A stretch of DNA of 59,566 nt, filler included. It is 5 parts of 5 records of this genome, joined end to end, with 100 filler letters (N's around TTAATTAATTAA, not from the genome) between each part and the next. Parts side by side here need not be neighbours in the genome. Positions count along the whole stretch, not along the records: positions 1 to 12,487 come from SRR2962707_2615; positions 12,588 to 25,171 come from SRR2962707_2619; 3 more parts are not named here. One strand, given 5' to 3'. Below, piece after piece: positions 11,213 through 20,647 of the stretch (positions within the stretch are counted from its first letter, which is position 1; every line of letters starts with the position of its first letter). The notes below the pieces were generated by a model. It worked only from the letters and a program-made list of their open reading frames with translations. It was not told where the DNA came from and searched no databases. The position numbers were made by a program, and so were the translations under genes.

Positions 11213-12487
11213 ATGTTCGCCTATCCGACCGTACGAGCCAGCCTTATCTTTCTTGCCGTTGCGTTGCTCGGGCTGTTGGTTGCGGACATTGCCATCACCA
11301 CTGCCAACCCCTGGCAGGACCTTGGCCGGTTCTTCCTGGGCGTAGCCACACCCAATTTTTTCAGTACCGAAGGCTTGCTCACTGCCCTGCTGCGGACCGT
11401 AGCTTTTGCCTTTGTGGGTGTAACCCTCGGGAGTATCTGCGGCTTCCTGCTGGCGCTGGTGTACCGCTTTCTGCCAGTACGAATCTTCTGCGCTTTTATC
11501 CGCGCCATCCATGAGCTGTTCTGGGCGCTGATCTTTCTCCAGTTTTTCGGTTTCCACCCGCTCACGGGTGTGCTGGCCATTGCCATTCCCTATTCCGGCA
11601 TCTTCGCCAAGGTCTATTCGGAAATCCTGGAAGAGGCAGACCAGGAACCGGGCCGTCTGCTGCCACCGGGAACCTCATCCATTGCCGCCTTTCTGTATGC
11701 CCGTATCCCTGATTGCTGGGTTCAGATGCGCACCTATACGGCCTACCGACTCGAGTGTGGCCTGCGTTCCTCTGCCATCCTGGGCTTTGTGGGGCTACCG
11801 ACTCTGGGTTTCTACCTGGAATCCTCGTTCTCCCAGGGTCTGTACTCAGATGCCGGCGCCATGCTGATTCTGTTCTATGTACTGATCGCCACCATGCCCT
11901 TATGGGTTCGCCCCAAACTACTGCCGATCTATATTCTTGCAGCGCCCTTTTTTCTTGGGGACGGTCTGCCCATTGTCTGGGGCAACGTGGAGCGCTTCTT
12001 TACGGAGGATATCATTCCTTCACCGATCCGGGATGGCGAAGGGCTTGCGGCTATCTGGGCGTGGTTATCCGATGTAATGATAACGGAAGCGCTGCCAGGC
12101 ATCTGGAACACCGTGGTCTTAACCCAGATAGCGCTGGTAGCCACCGGCATTCTGTCCCTGCTGGCCTTCCCCCTGATCTCGAATCATTTCGGTGGCCCGG
12201 TGCGGCGTACCTCCGGCCATGTGTTTCTGGTGATCGCCCGATCCACACCGGAATACATTCTTGCCTATATTCTGCTGCAGCTGTGGGGGCCTTCCATGCT
12301 GCCGGCCGTGGTGGCTCTGGCCCTGCACAACGGTGGCATTATCGGCCACCTGATAGGCCGGCAGACCAACACCATTCACCTGCGCCCGGACGCTCCGGTG
12401 GGTTTTTCCCGCTACAGCTGGGAACTGGTGCCCCGCATCTACCGCTCATTCCTGGCATTCCTGTTCTACCGCTGGGAAATCATCATG
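11213..12487 (+). CDS. ABC permease with two fused PhnE-like domains (truncated by contig end)
   Basis: Hydrophobic; RAIHELFWAL, YRLECGLRSSAILG and a second YRWEIIM repeat. Confidence 0.88.
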
Positions 12488-12587
12488 NNNNNNNNNNNNN
12501 NNNNNNNNNNNNNNNNNNNNNNNNNNNNNNNTTAATTAATTAANNNNNNNNNNNNNNNNNNNNNNNNNNNNNNNNNNNNNNNNNNNN
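12488..12587. other. Artificial contig linker
   Basis: N44-TTAATTAATTAA-N44, stops in all six frames. Confidence 0.99.
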
Positions 12588-12611
12588 TCGCTTGCAGGCA
12601 AGCTCCCACAG
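12588..12611 (-). repeat. GTGG-family REP element at contig end
   Basis: Minus strand GTGG-GA-GCTTGC-CT-GCAAGC-GA: tetranucleotide plus palindrome, as in Pseudomonas-type REPs; position at a contig break fits a multicopy repeat. Confidence 0.65.
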
Positions 12612-12876
12612 TGGCTTTGTAGTTCCCTGAGAGAAGGCGGGTCTGTGTATTGGGGAAAGCGGGGAAGGAAAAGTGCCGCCGCCGTACCCCCCAGCGACCG
12701 GACGGAGCGCGAACCAGGGGAAGGGGAGTGGCGACGGCAAAGTCAGGCTACCGGTTTGCTGTTATATCGTCTTGATCTACATCAAATATCCGTGATTCAT
12801 TCTTGCCAGAGATGCTTGTCTCATTCGTATGGCCGCCTCTCCTAGTAAGAGGTAGAGGTCAGCATGACAAGGCGCC

Positions 12877-13485
12877 TTAATGTAGGTCGGCAAGCTTGGT
12901 ACTTGTCATGCCCAAGGAATGGGCTACATCATACATGGCCTGGTTAAGTATTTTGTGAGTGATTTTATCGGCCTCGAACCCCGCTTCTGCGTTGATGTCC
13001 GCCATGACTTGGTTATGGAGTTCGTGCGAAATGGCTTTGTCGAATAAATAGCCACTCCAGAACGTGCCATCCGCGGTGGTGCCGGCTTCCACCAGGGTTC
13101 TGGCTAGTTCTGTCCCGGATAGTTCGGCGGGCTCAGGAAGAGTAATACCGGCTTCTTGTGCGCGTTTGAGTGCGTAGATGATGGCCATGTCCATACCCTT
13201 GATGAAAGTATCTACCTGATCTTTCCCATATTGCTTGTTTAGTTTGGCGATCTCACTTTTGACGGTGTGCTTTCCAAGCATTGCCGTCAGGGCCTGTGCG
13301 AAGCTGAATTCATCGCTACCTCCACCGGCCTGGATCAGGGCCGCAGTGACATCCAAAGCGGGCTCACCCTGATAGGATGCACCGCCAAACATGTTCATAG
13401 GCGTGGAATGGGGTTGCTCAGCCAGCGTCGTCCCAATGGCGGTTGCCAGGAAAAGGGCCGTTACGGCCAGGTTCTTTGTTTTCAT
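12877..13485 (-). CDS. Secreted hypothetical protein co-oriented with ECF sigma
   Basis: GAGGA RBS, signal peptide MKTKNLAVTALFLATAIGTTLA, helical His/Met-containing body. Confidence 0.8.
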   Translation of the reverse strand: MKTKNLAVTALFLATAIGTTLAEQPHSTPMNMFGGASYQGEPALDVTAALIQAGGGSDEFSFAQALTAMLGKHTVKSEIAKLNKQYGKDQVDTFIKGMDMAIIYALKRAQEAGITLPEPAELSGTELARTLVEAGTTADGTFWSGYLFDKAISHELHNQVMADINAEAGFEADKITHKILNQAMYDVAHSLGMTSTKLADLH

Positions 13486-13529
13486 GAGTATTATCCTCGC
13501 TATGCTTTCGGGGGTGATGGTGTGCGCTG

Positions 13530-14249
13530 TTACGACTTGCCAGTCCGCTGTCTTCTTGCCAGCTCCTCCATAACCGCCGCGGTCATGACGTCGCAGCGTT
13601 TTCCGGCAAACTCGAAGATGTCCGGTTCCAGGACTTCCATTGTTCGTAATAAGCGCTGGCGGAGCATCTCACGGGCCCGGGAGAGACGTTTTTTAACCAG
13701 CACTTCGCTTATGTCGAGACAGAGGGCACTGTCGGCCGAGGAGAGCCCTTCCACCTCTCTAAGGAGGAAGACACAACGGTATATTTCCGGAAGGGCGCGA
13801 ATCGCTTCTTCCAGAAGCTGCCTTAGCTGTTGTCGACTTACCTCGGTTTCCGGGTTTGATACGTTGACCATGTGGGAGCCCATTGGGTCTCTCTCGTTCG
13901 ACTCGCCATGCAGGTGAGTGATTTCATGATTCAGGGACATTTCTGGCCGTTGGCGGCGTTTCGAGCTGATGGCCTGATTGATGACGATGCGGGTTAACCA
14001 AGTCTTGAGTGATGCCCGGCCCTGAAAGGAATCAAGATTTGTGAAGGCGTTAAGATAGGCCTCCTGCATTGCTTCTCGGGCTAGGTCCTCATCATTGAGA
14101 ACACCGATAGCGGCCCGAAAAAGGGGCTGATTGTGGCGTCGGATAATGAGTTCGAACGCGGCACTGTCGCCATGTCGAGCACGCTCCACCAGTCCGATGT
14201 CGCTTAGCTCAAACAAGCATTCATAAGGATTTGCCTCTGAAGAGGGCAT
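13530..14249 (-). CDS. ECF RNA polymerase sigma factor with C-terminal RCD extension
   Basis: Region 2 (AMQEAYL, SLKTWLTRIVIN), region 4 (LPEIYRCVFLLREVEGLS), tail FEFAGKRCD; start reassigned to ATG 14249. Confidence 0.9.
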   Translation of the reverse strand: MPSSEANPYECLFELSDIGLVERARHGDSAAFELIIRRHNQPLFRAAIGVLNDEDLAREAMQEAYLNAFTNLDSFQGRASLKTWLTRIVINQAISSKRRQRPEMSLNHEITHLHGESNERDPMGSHMVNVSNPETEVSRQQLRQLLEEAIRALPEIYRCVFLLREVEGLSSADSALCLDISEVLVKKRLSRAREMLRQRLLRTMEVLEPDIFEFAGKRCDVMTAAVMEELARRQRTGKS

Positions 14250-14295
14250 GCTGGATTTTCCTATGGAAGTAGGTGGTTTTTGGCGCTTATGTAAA

Positions 14296-14323
14296 TAGAC
14301 GCATCGCATGGAAAAAGGTGACA
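14296..14323 (-). promoter_or_regulatory. Putative autoregulatory ECF promoter
   Basis: Minus strand TGTCAC-N16-CGTCTA about 45 nt upstream of the sigma ATG. Confidence 0.45.
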
Positions 14324-14530
14324 ACGTTCCATCAGGAATGTTGGGTCCAGTCTTCACCATTGCTTTTATAGGCGCATCTCCGATTCCGAGAATGGTCTCC
14401 GGTTGAGAGTGTGCCGAAGTTGAATATGTAGGTGTGCTGATTAATCAATTGTCGGATGAGAAAGTTCGAACCAGCGCGCTCTATGGGGAGGTCGAGCTCT
14501 GAGAATGGCTACTGAATGATATGCCCTGGA

Positions 14531-14908
14531 TCAGGTGCTACCTGCGTTGAACTGGTTTATCAGCCAGGCGCGCAACGCCACGGCATTGTTGTGTTTGGTG
14601 TCCCGTGCCGAGTACAGAAGCGTCAGCGGTTGACCTGCGGCGGCATCAAGCAGGGCGTCGATCGGATCGGGGTTGGCGTCCAGCTCCTCATGATAACGAC
14701 GCTGGAATTCTTCCCAGCGCTGTGGGTCGTGCCCGAACCATTTGCGTAACGCAGTGGAGGGGGCCAGCTGTCGAAACCAGTTATTGGCGGCCACCTGTTC
14801 TTTCTTCATGCCCCGCGGCCAGGCGCGATCCACCAGTGCACGGTAGCCGTCGCTGTCGTCCCGGGCATCGTAGACACGTTTGCATTGAATCCGGGTGGGG
14901 CGCTGCAT
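14531..14908 (-). CDS. DUF488 (YeaO-like) protein
   Basis: KRVYD..DGYRALVDRAWPRGMKKE, APSTALRKWFGH, HNNAVAL. Confidence 0.9.
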   Translation of the reverse strand: MQRPTRIQCKRVYDARDDSDGYRALVDRAWPRGMKKEQVAANNWFRQLAPSTALRKWFGHDPQRWEEFQRRYHEELDANPDPIDALLDAAAGQPLTLLYSARDTKHNNAVALRAWLINQFNAGST

Positions 14909-14917
14909 ATTGAAACC

Positions 14918-15931
14918 TCATGGGTTGCCGGTTAACCGGGTCAGGGTTTCGGCGGCCTCTTCGATAATGCGGTTCAGGCGTTGCTCCGCCGTTAGGATTT
15001 GATGGAGCTGTCCGCAGGACTGACCGGCGTACAACGCCATGTCGTCCAGCTCTCCACGGGCATCGGCCAGCGGCGAGTCGGTGGAGAACAGATAAACCGG
15101 CTGGCCGTCCTGTTCTCCGATGATCTCGGAAATATTGGCCTGCCGCAAATCGTCGTATTCCCCTCGGGTTACGCGATTGCGCAATACTCGCACTGGGGCC
15201 GGCTCATGCCAGTTGCGGGTGAAATCACGGCAATGAACGGTATCGCCGGCGCCGGCCTGAATCAGCCGTTGTTGGTGGTGAGGGTGGGCGTTGGCTTCCT
15301 CGGTGGCAAGGAAGGCGCTGCCGATGCTAGCGCCCTGAGCCCCCAAAGCCAGAGCCGCTACCAGTGAGCGGCCATTGGCGATGCCGCCGGACGCCACCAC
15401 GGGAACCGGGCAGACAGGAACGAGTTCGGCCAGCAGGCTCAGGGTGCCGATATGACCGCGAACATGACCACCGGCCTCCCAGCCCTGGGCGATGATGATC
15501 TCGGCGCCGGCGTCGATGGCCAGTTCCGCGTCCCAGGTGCTGCCGACCTGATGGATGACACGAATGCCTTCGCTGACCAGGTGCCGCACCAGGGCGGTGT
15601 CCACGTCCCAGAAAAGCACCACGAACGGCACCTGAAGAGTCAGGCAGGTTCGCACTTGTTGATGGAGCTGGGCGTTCTCGGTGGCGGCGGGAATCAGATT
15701 GATCGCGAACGGCTTGTCGGTGAGCCGGCGTAACGCGTCAACTTCGGCGCTGATTCGTTCCACCGGCTCGCGCACCATGCCGAGCACGCCAAAGCCGCCG
15801 GCCCTGCACACCGCCGCTGCCAGCCGGTGGCGGGCAACGCCCCCCATTCCGGCCAGCAGGATGGGGAAGGCGCAGCCCAGGTGATCACAAAGCGGGGTGC
15901 GTAATGCCGGTGGCGGTGTTACCACTGCCAT
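14918..15931 (-). CDS. Nitronate monooxygenase family FMN oxidoreductase
   Basis: PILLAGMGG, QGWEAGGH, PVVASGGI, GSAFLATEEA, YAGQS motifs. Confidence 0.88.
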   Translation of the reverse strand: MAVVTPPPALRTPLCDHLGCAFPILLAGMGGVARHRLAAAVCRAGGFGVLGMVREPVERISAEVDALRRLTDKPFAINLIPAATENAQLHQQVRTCLTLQVPFVVLFWDVDTALVRHLVSEGIRVIHQVGSTWDAELAIDAGAEIIIAQGWEAGGHVRGHIGTLSLLAELVPVCPVPVVASGGIANGRSLVAALALGAQGASIGSAFLATEEANAHPHHQQRLIQAGAGDTVHCRDFTRNWHEPAPVRVLRNRVTRGEYDDLRQANISEIIGEQDGQPVYLFSTDSPLADARGELDDMALYAGQSCGQLHQILTAEQRLNRIIEEAAETLTRLTGNP

Positions 15932-16299
15932 ATCTGATCGACCCGTTCGTACAGATCCGCCAGTCCGGCCCGGCTTACCAGTTCAACTCCGGCTTGCAGA
16001 GGAAGGCCGGCGAGCCCGCGTTCTTCCAGATCCTCGCGCACCGCGTACACGGGCACGCCGCTTTCGGTGAGATTGGTGAGGTCGCGAACCAGTTCCGCCG
16101 GTTGGCTTTGTTTCCAGGTGCCCAGGACCAGGGGTGGTTGGCGCTGATTCAGCACCGCGTAATGCACGCCATGGCCACTGAGCAGCACCTGCAGATCGCC
16201 ACCCGCGCCGCGCATGGATTGGGTCAGCCAGAGAATGGTGTCGTCTTGTTCCTCCACCGTGGTGCGGAAGGCTTGATCGATAACCTGCAGTACTTTCAT
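15919..16299 (-). CDS. DsrF/DsrH (TusC/TusB)-like protein, no Cys
   Basis: VLLSGHGVHYA and VYAVREDLEERGL motifs; ends in W. Confidence 0.7.
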   Translation of the reverse strand: MKVLQVIDQAFRTTVEEQDDTILWLTQSMRGAGGDLQVLLSGHGVHYAVLNQRQPPLVLGTWKQSQPAELVRDLTNLTESGVPVYAVREDLEERGLAGLPLQAGVELVSRAGLADLYERVDQIWQW

Positions 16300-16304
16300 G
16301 GCGC

Positions 16305-16718
16305 TTACCTCGTGCCGATGGTCAGGGTGTTGAAGGCGTCACTGGCGTAGCGCCACAGGTCCGGCGGGCCGCCCCGGCCGCAACCGTCGATGACGTCATT
16401 GACGCCGCGCTCGTCCACGCACAGGCCGCAGTTGATCCATTCGAAGCTCAGGTCCTTGGCGGCGGCTTTTTCCTGCAGGGCGCGGATCCATTCCCGGGTC
16501 AGCGGATGATCTTCTTCCGCCGCGTCACGGCCGTGTACCGCGTTGCCATGAGGGGCTTGCCGGGCGAAGGCCAGGGCCACGGCACCCTCGTAAGCGAAGA
16601 CGCGCACCGAAGCGCCACGTTCCAGAGCCGCGTCGAGTAAGCGAAAGAAGGTGACGGTCCGCTCGCTTTCAAAAGGCGGATCCATGAAGGCGAAGGTCAG
16701 GGTTTTCAGGTCGCTCAT
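16305..16718 (-). CDS. DsrE/TusD-like sulfur-relay protein with CxxC
   Basis: DPPFESE, VRVFAYEGAV, NCGLCVDERG (Cys at the DsrE active-site position). Confidence 0.8.
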   Translation of the reverse strand: MSDLKTLTFAFMDPPFESERTVTFFRLLDAALERGASVRVFAYEGAVALAFARQAPHGNAVHGRDAAEEDHPLTREWIRALQEKAAAKDLSFEWINCGLCVDERGVNDVIDGCGRGGPPDLWRYASDAFNTLTIGTR

Positions 16719-16726
16719 GGGGACTC

Positions 16727-17053
16727 CTAGTTCCAGATCACTTTGCTGCCGGCCAGCAGGGCATCGACGGCGTCGCCGACGTCGCCCACGGTGACTTCGG
16801 CTTTCAAATCGGACGCTTCGATTTCCCGCTGCTTCAGTGAGAAGCCGTCGGCGCTGACAGTGACACCGCCGCCGAGCAGTGCGTCGAAGACCTCGCTGCG
16901 GGCGCCTAACCGGGCCGGCGCCACACCGTTTTGCACCAGCAGGACATGCACCCGGTGGCCAGCATCGCGGAGTTGCCTGGCCAATTGGTATTGCGCCGCG
17001 CAGCGGACCTCGGTAAACGGGTCCTGGCTTTGGATGAACAGATAGTCGGACAT
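16727..17053 (-). CDS. DsrE/DsrH-family small protein
   Basis: VHVLLVQNGV, ADGFSLKQREI, KVIWN. Confidence 0.7.
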   Translation of the reverse strand: MSDYLFIQSQDPFTEVRCAAQYQLARQLRDAGHRVHVLLVQNGVAPARLGARSEVFDALLGGGVTVSADGFSLKQREIEASDLKAEVTVGDVGDAVDALLAGSKVIWN

Positions 17054-17067
17054 GGACGTCTCCAGGA

Positions 17068-18768
17068 TCAGGAAGAAAGGGAAGTCAGCGGACGTTCTTC
17101 CAGCAGCTGCTTGCGCAGCAGGAAGTCACCGAAATGTTCGCCGTCACGGCGTTGGCCGGCATAGCGTTCGAGCATGGGCGCGAGCAACGCGAGGAAGCGT
17201 TCTTCGTCCACGTTGCCGGCGTACAGTTGCGCTAGCCGGTCGCCATGAAAGCTGCCGCCCAGATACAGGTTGTACAGTCCTGGCGCGCGGCCGGTGAGCG
17301 CGATCTCGGCCAGATAAGGCCGGGCGCAGCCGTTGGGGCAGCCGGTCAGACGCAGGGTGATGGGTTCCTCGCGCAGTCCGTATTGAGCCTTGAGCCGCTG
17401 GAAGCGCTCCAGAAACGTGGGTAAGTAACGTTCCGCCTCGGCCATGGCCAGGCCGCAGGTCGGCAGTGCCACGCAACTGAGGGTATGGGCGGCCTGCGCT
17501 TCAGGATCGAGGCGCCAATCCAGTCCCAGGTCTTCAAGGCGCCATTGCACCTGTTCCAGTTCGTGCGTCTCGATATGGGTCAACTGCAAGTTCTGGTTGG
17601 TGGTCAGCCGCAGGCGGCCGCCATACTGTTCCAGAAAGCCGCCCAGTTGGGTGCGCAGGGCATCGTCCACGCGGCCGCTTTCCACATAGAGCGTGGCGTG
17701 CCAGAGGCCATCGTCGCCCTGTTGCCAGCCAAGTCGGTCGCCGTTGTGGTCGAAGCGGACGCCGCGGGCCGGCTCCAGCGGGCGGCCACGATGGCATTCC
17801 AGCTCTTCCAGGAACCAGGGCAGGCCGAGACGATCCAGAGTGTATTTGAAACGGGCCCGGTGGCGATCCTGACGATCACCGAAGTCGCGCTGGATGCTCA
17901 TCACCAGTTCGGCGAAGGCGGGGGCCTCGTCCGCCTCGATAAAACCGATTTCCTCCGCCAGACGGGGATAGCTGTCCTCGCGGTTGTCCAATTGGCCCAT
18001 GCCGCCACCGACACAGACGTTGAAGCCGATCAGATCGCCGTTGTCCACCACCGCGATATAGCCCAGATCCTGGCCGTAGATGTCGACGTCGTTGACTGGC
18101 GGCAGCACGAAGCCGACCTTGAATTTGCGTGGCAGGTACAGCTCGCCATAGACCGGCTCCTCGCCGTCGCTCACCGGCGTCGGCTGTTGATGCCAGATGT
18201 CCGCATAGGCGCCGGTTTTCGGAATCAGACGGTCACTGGTGATCCGCGCCAGCTGCTGCACCCGCTCGTGAGCTTTGGACAAGTACGGATTGGCGCCGCA
18301 CACCACGCCGCGGCTGTCGTCGCCGCAGGCGGCGATGGTGTCCAGCCCTAACGGCTGCAGTCCTTGAATCAGCGAGCGTAGCTGCGATTTGCGCACACCA
18401 TGCAACTGAACGGTGCCCCGGGTAGTGATGCGCAGGCCCCGTTCGGCGTAGAGACGGGAAAGACGGTCCAGCCCCTGCCATTGGCGCTTGTCCAGCACAC
18501 CGCCGGGAATACGCAGGCGCACCATGAACTGGTAAGCCGGTTCCAGGCGGCGCTGGCGGCGATCGGCGCGGCGGTCACGGTCGTCCTGCTGATAGATGCC
18601 ATGGAACTTCATCAGCAGTGGGTCTTCCCCGGGCACCGCGCCGGTGAGCAGGTCGTCGAGCCCCTCGGCGATGGTGCCGCGCAGATGGCGGCTGCGGGCT
18701 TTCAGTTGTTCGTTCTCGTGCAGTCGTTCCACCGGCTGACTGAGATCGGGACGGGAATCGCTCATCAC
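17068..18768 (-). CDS. cysI: NADPH-dependent sulfite reductase hemoprotein subunit
   Basis: KFHGIYQQDDRD, YLPRKFK, siroheme/4Fe-4S ligands CVALPTC and GCPNGC. Confidence 0.92.
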   Translation of the reverse strand: MMSDSRPDLSQPVERLHENEQLKARSRHLRGTIAEGLDDLLTGAVPGEDPLLMKFHGIYQQDDRDRRADRRQRRLEPAYQFMVRLRIPGGVLDKRQWQGLDRLSRLYAERGLRITTRGTVQLHGVRKSQLRSLIQGLQPLGLDTIAACGDDSRGVVCGANPYLSKAHERVQQLARITSDRLIPKTGAYADIWHQQPTPVSDGEEPVYGELYLPRKFKVGFVLPPVNDVDIYGQDLGYIAVVDNGDLIGFNVCVGGGMGQLDNREDSYPRLAEEIGFIEADEAPAFAELVMSIQRDFGDRQDRHRARFKYTLDRLGLPWFLEELECHRGRPLEPARGVRFDHNGDRLGWQQGDDGLWHATLYVESGRVDDALRTQLGGFLEQYGGRLRLTTNQNLQLTHIETHELEQVQWRLEDLGLDWRLDPEAQAAHTLSCVALPTCGLAMAEAERYLPTFLERFQRLKAQYGLREEPITLRLTGCPNGCARPYLAEIALTGRAPGLYNLYLGGSFHGDRLAQLYAGNVDEERFLALLAPMLERYAGQRRDGEHFGDFLLRKQLLEERPLTSLSS

Positions 18769-18775
18769 GCTCTCC

Positions 18776-20526
18776 TCAATACAGGTTGCGGTGCAGGCGC
18801 TTTTCCCGGCCCAGTTGTTTCCAGGCGCCGTCTCCCTGGCGCTGGTCCAGGGCGGTTTTCAGTCCGCTCTCAAGGTCGCTCAATCGACCCTTGTCGCCGC
18901 ACAGGTAGAGGTGTGCGCCCCGGTCGATCCAGGTGCCCAGGCGATCGATCTGGTCGAGCAATGGGGTGATCAGGCCGGCGCCGGGCTGGTCTTGATAAAA
19001 CACGGTATCCACCCGTTCCAGCACACCGTCGGCGCGGGCCTGCTGAATATCCAGTTGATAAAGAAAGTCGTCCTCGAAGCGCTGTTCGGCGAACACCAGC
19101 CAGCAGGGCGGACGTTGGGATTGTTGCGACAAGGCTTGCAGGAAGGCGCGATAGGGGGCGATGCCGGTACCCTCGGCGATCAGGATCAGCGGCGCGTCGT
19201 CGTCCGGCAGCCGAAAGCGCGCATTGCGGTGCGGATACAGACGGACCGGGTCGCCGGGCTGTAGGTCCAACAGGTATCGGGAGGCGATGCCCTGCTCATG
19301 CCGCTCCCGGAAAGGATAGTGGAAGGCCTTGACGGTAAGATGCAGCTCGTCGTCCAGCACCGCCAGACTGTTGGCCACGTCGTACAGACGCGGCTGCAGT
19401 GGCCGCAGGGCTTCCACCAGGGCTTGTGCCGGCGGGCGCGCCGGATACTGGTGGAGCAGGTCGAGCAGTTGATGGTCTCGCAGAAACGCCCGCTGCCGAC
19501 GGCTCTCCGCCTGACACAGTTCGAGCAGGGCCGGAGCCTGGCTTTGCTCCGCCCAGAAAGCAAGAAAGCCGGTGCCGGCGATGGTCAGATCCCGCGTCTG
19601 ACGCAGCGCTTGCACCAGGGGCTGAGCGTCATCGTTCACGGTCACCGGTTGCTCGCCGGACAGCTCGCAGGCGTCCAGCACCGCCGCCACCAGCTCCGGC
19701 GGGTTGTCGGCCAGAATGCCGACGGCATCGCCGGGGAACAGGTCCGGAATCGCCTGATCCAGGGCCAGTTCCAGATGGTGTATTGGCTGGGCGCGATCCG
19801 CGGCGCTCAGATTCTGGTTGACCAGTACCTCCACCGTTAGTGGATGGTGTTTGTCGTAGCTGGGAGGGCTGGAGGTGGGTGCCCGGGCCGGACCCTGTGC
19901 AGTGCCCGTGGTGTTGGCTTTGGGCAGTTTTTCCAACAGGCGGGCGATCCAGTCCCGGGCCGGCTGTTCAAAATCCACGTCACAGTCCTGTGACCCTGCC
20001 GGGCGATCAGCCGTTCACCACCGAGGGCCTCCAGACGCTGGTCGAACTCCTGGCCGGTGACACAGAAGCGTTCGTAGCTGCTGTCGCCCAGGGCCAGTAC
20101 GGCGAATTTCAGGTTCGCCAGTTGCGGTGCACCGTCACCCATCAGGCCCTGATAAAAGTCCTGGATGGGTTCCGGCGGATCGCCGTCGCCATGGGTGGCG
20201 GTGATGATCACCAGATGATCGCGCCGCGCCAGTTGTCGGGGACGCAACCGGGCCAGGTCGATCACCTCCGTGGCGATGCCGGATTCACCGCAATGTTCGC
20301 TCAGAGCCTGCGCCAGGCGGCGGCAGTTGTCGGTTTCCGTGCCGTAACCGATCAGTACCGGATTGGGGGAGGCTTTGGTCGAGGCGGTGGTGGACGGCTC
20401 GGTGTCGCTGGCGGCGAGATAGCCGCTCAACCACCAGCGTTGCCGGGCATCCAGCGTCGCCAGCAACTGCCGGACCTGGTGCCATTGAGGGTCGGAAAAA
20501 GGGGGCGGTGTGGCTTGCGCCGTCAT
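18776..20526 (-). pseudogene. cysJ: Sulfite reductase flavoprotein subunit, frameshifted by an 8-nt insertion
   Basis: Flavodoxin half (YGTETDN, ATHGDGDPP, ALGDSSY) and FAD/NADPH half (PRLY, GTGIAPYRAF, DFLYQ, LYLCG) lie in different frames; deleting 19988-19995 restores RQDCDVDFE and a 580-aa ORF. Confidence 0.85.
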
Positions 20527-20647
20527 TTCCGGCTCCGTGTTTCAACGTGGGGCCGACAGTATGGGCGCGTGTTTTGAATACGAATAATGAAATAGAATAC
20601 GGTTTAACTTTAAAGAAATTGATATAAATCATGGGCAGGCTTTAATT

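Noticed and set aside
8530-20526. Apparent selenium-plus-sulfur supercluster (senB/ABC with cysJI/dsrE)
   Set aside because: Separated by a linker; different contigs and probably different organisms
19837-20526. Programmed ribosomal frameshift in cysJ
   Set aside because: No slippery run at the junction; an 8-nt insertion explains the shift exactly
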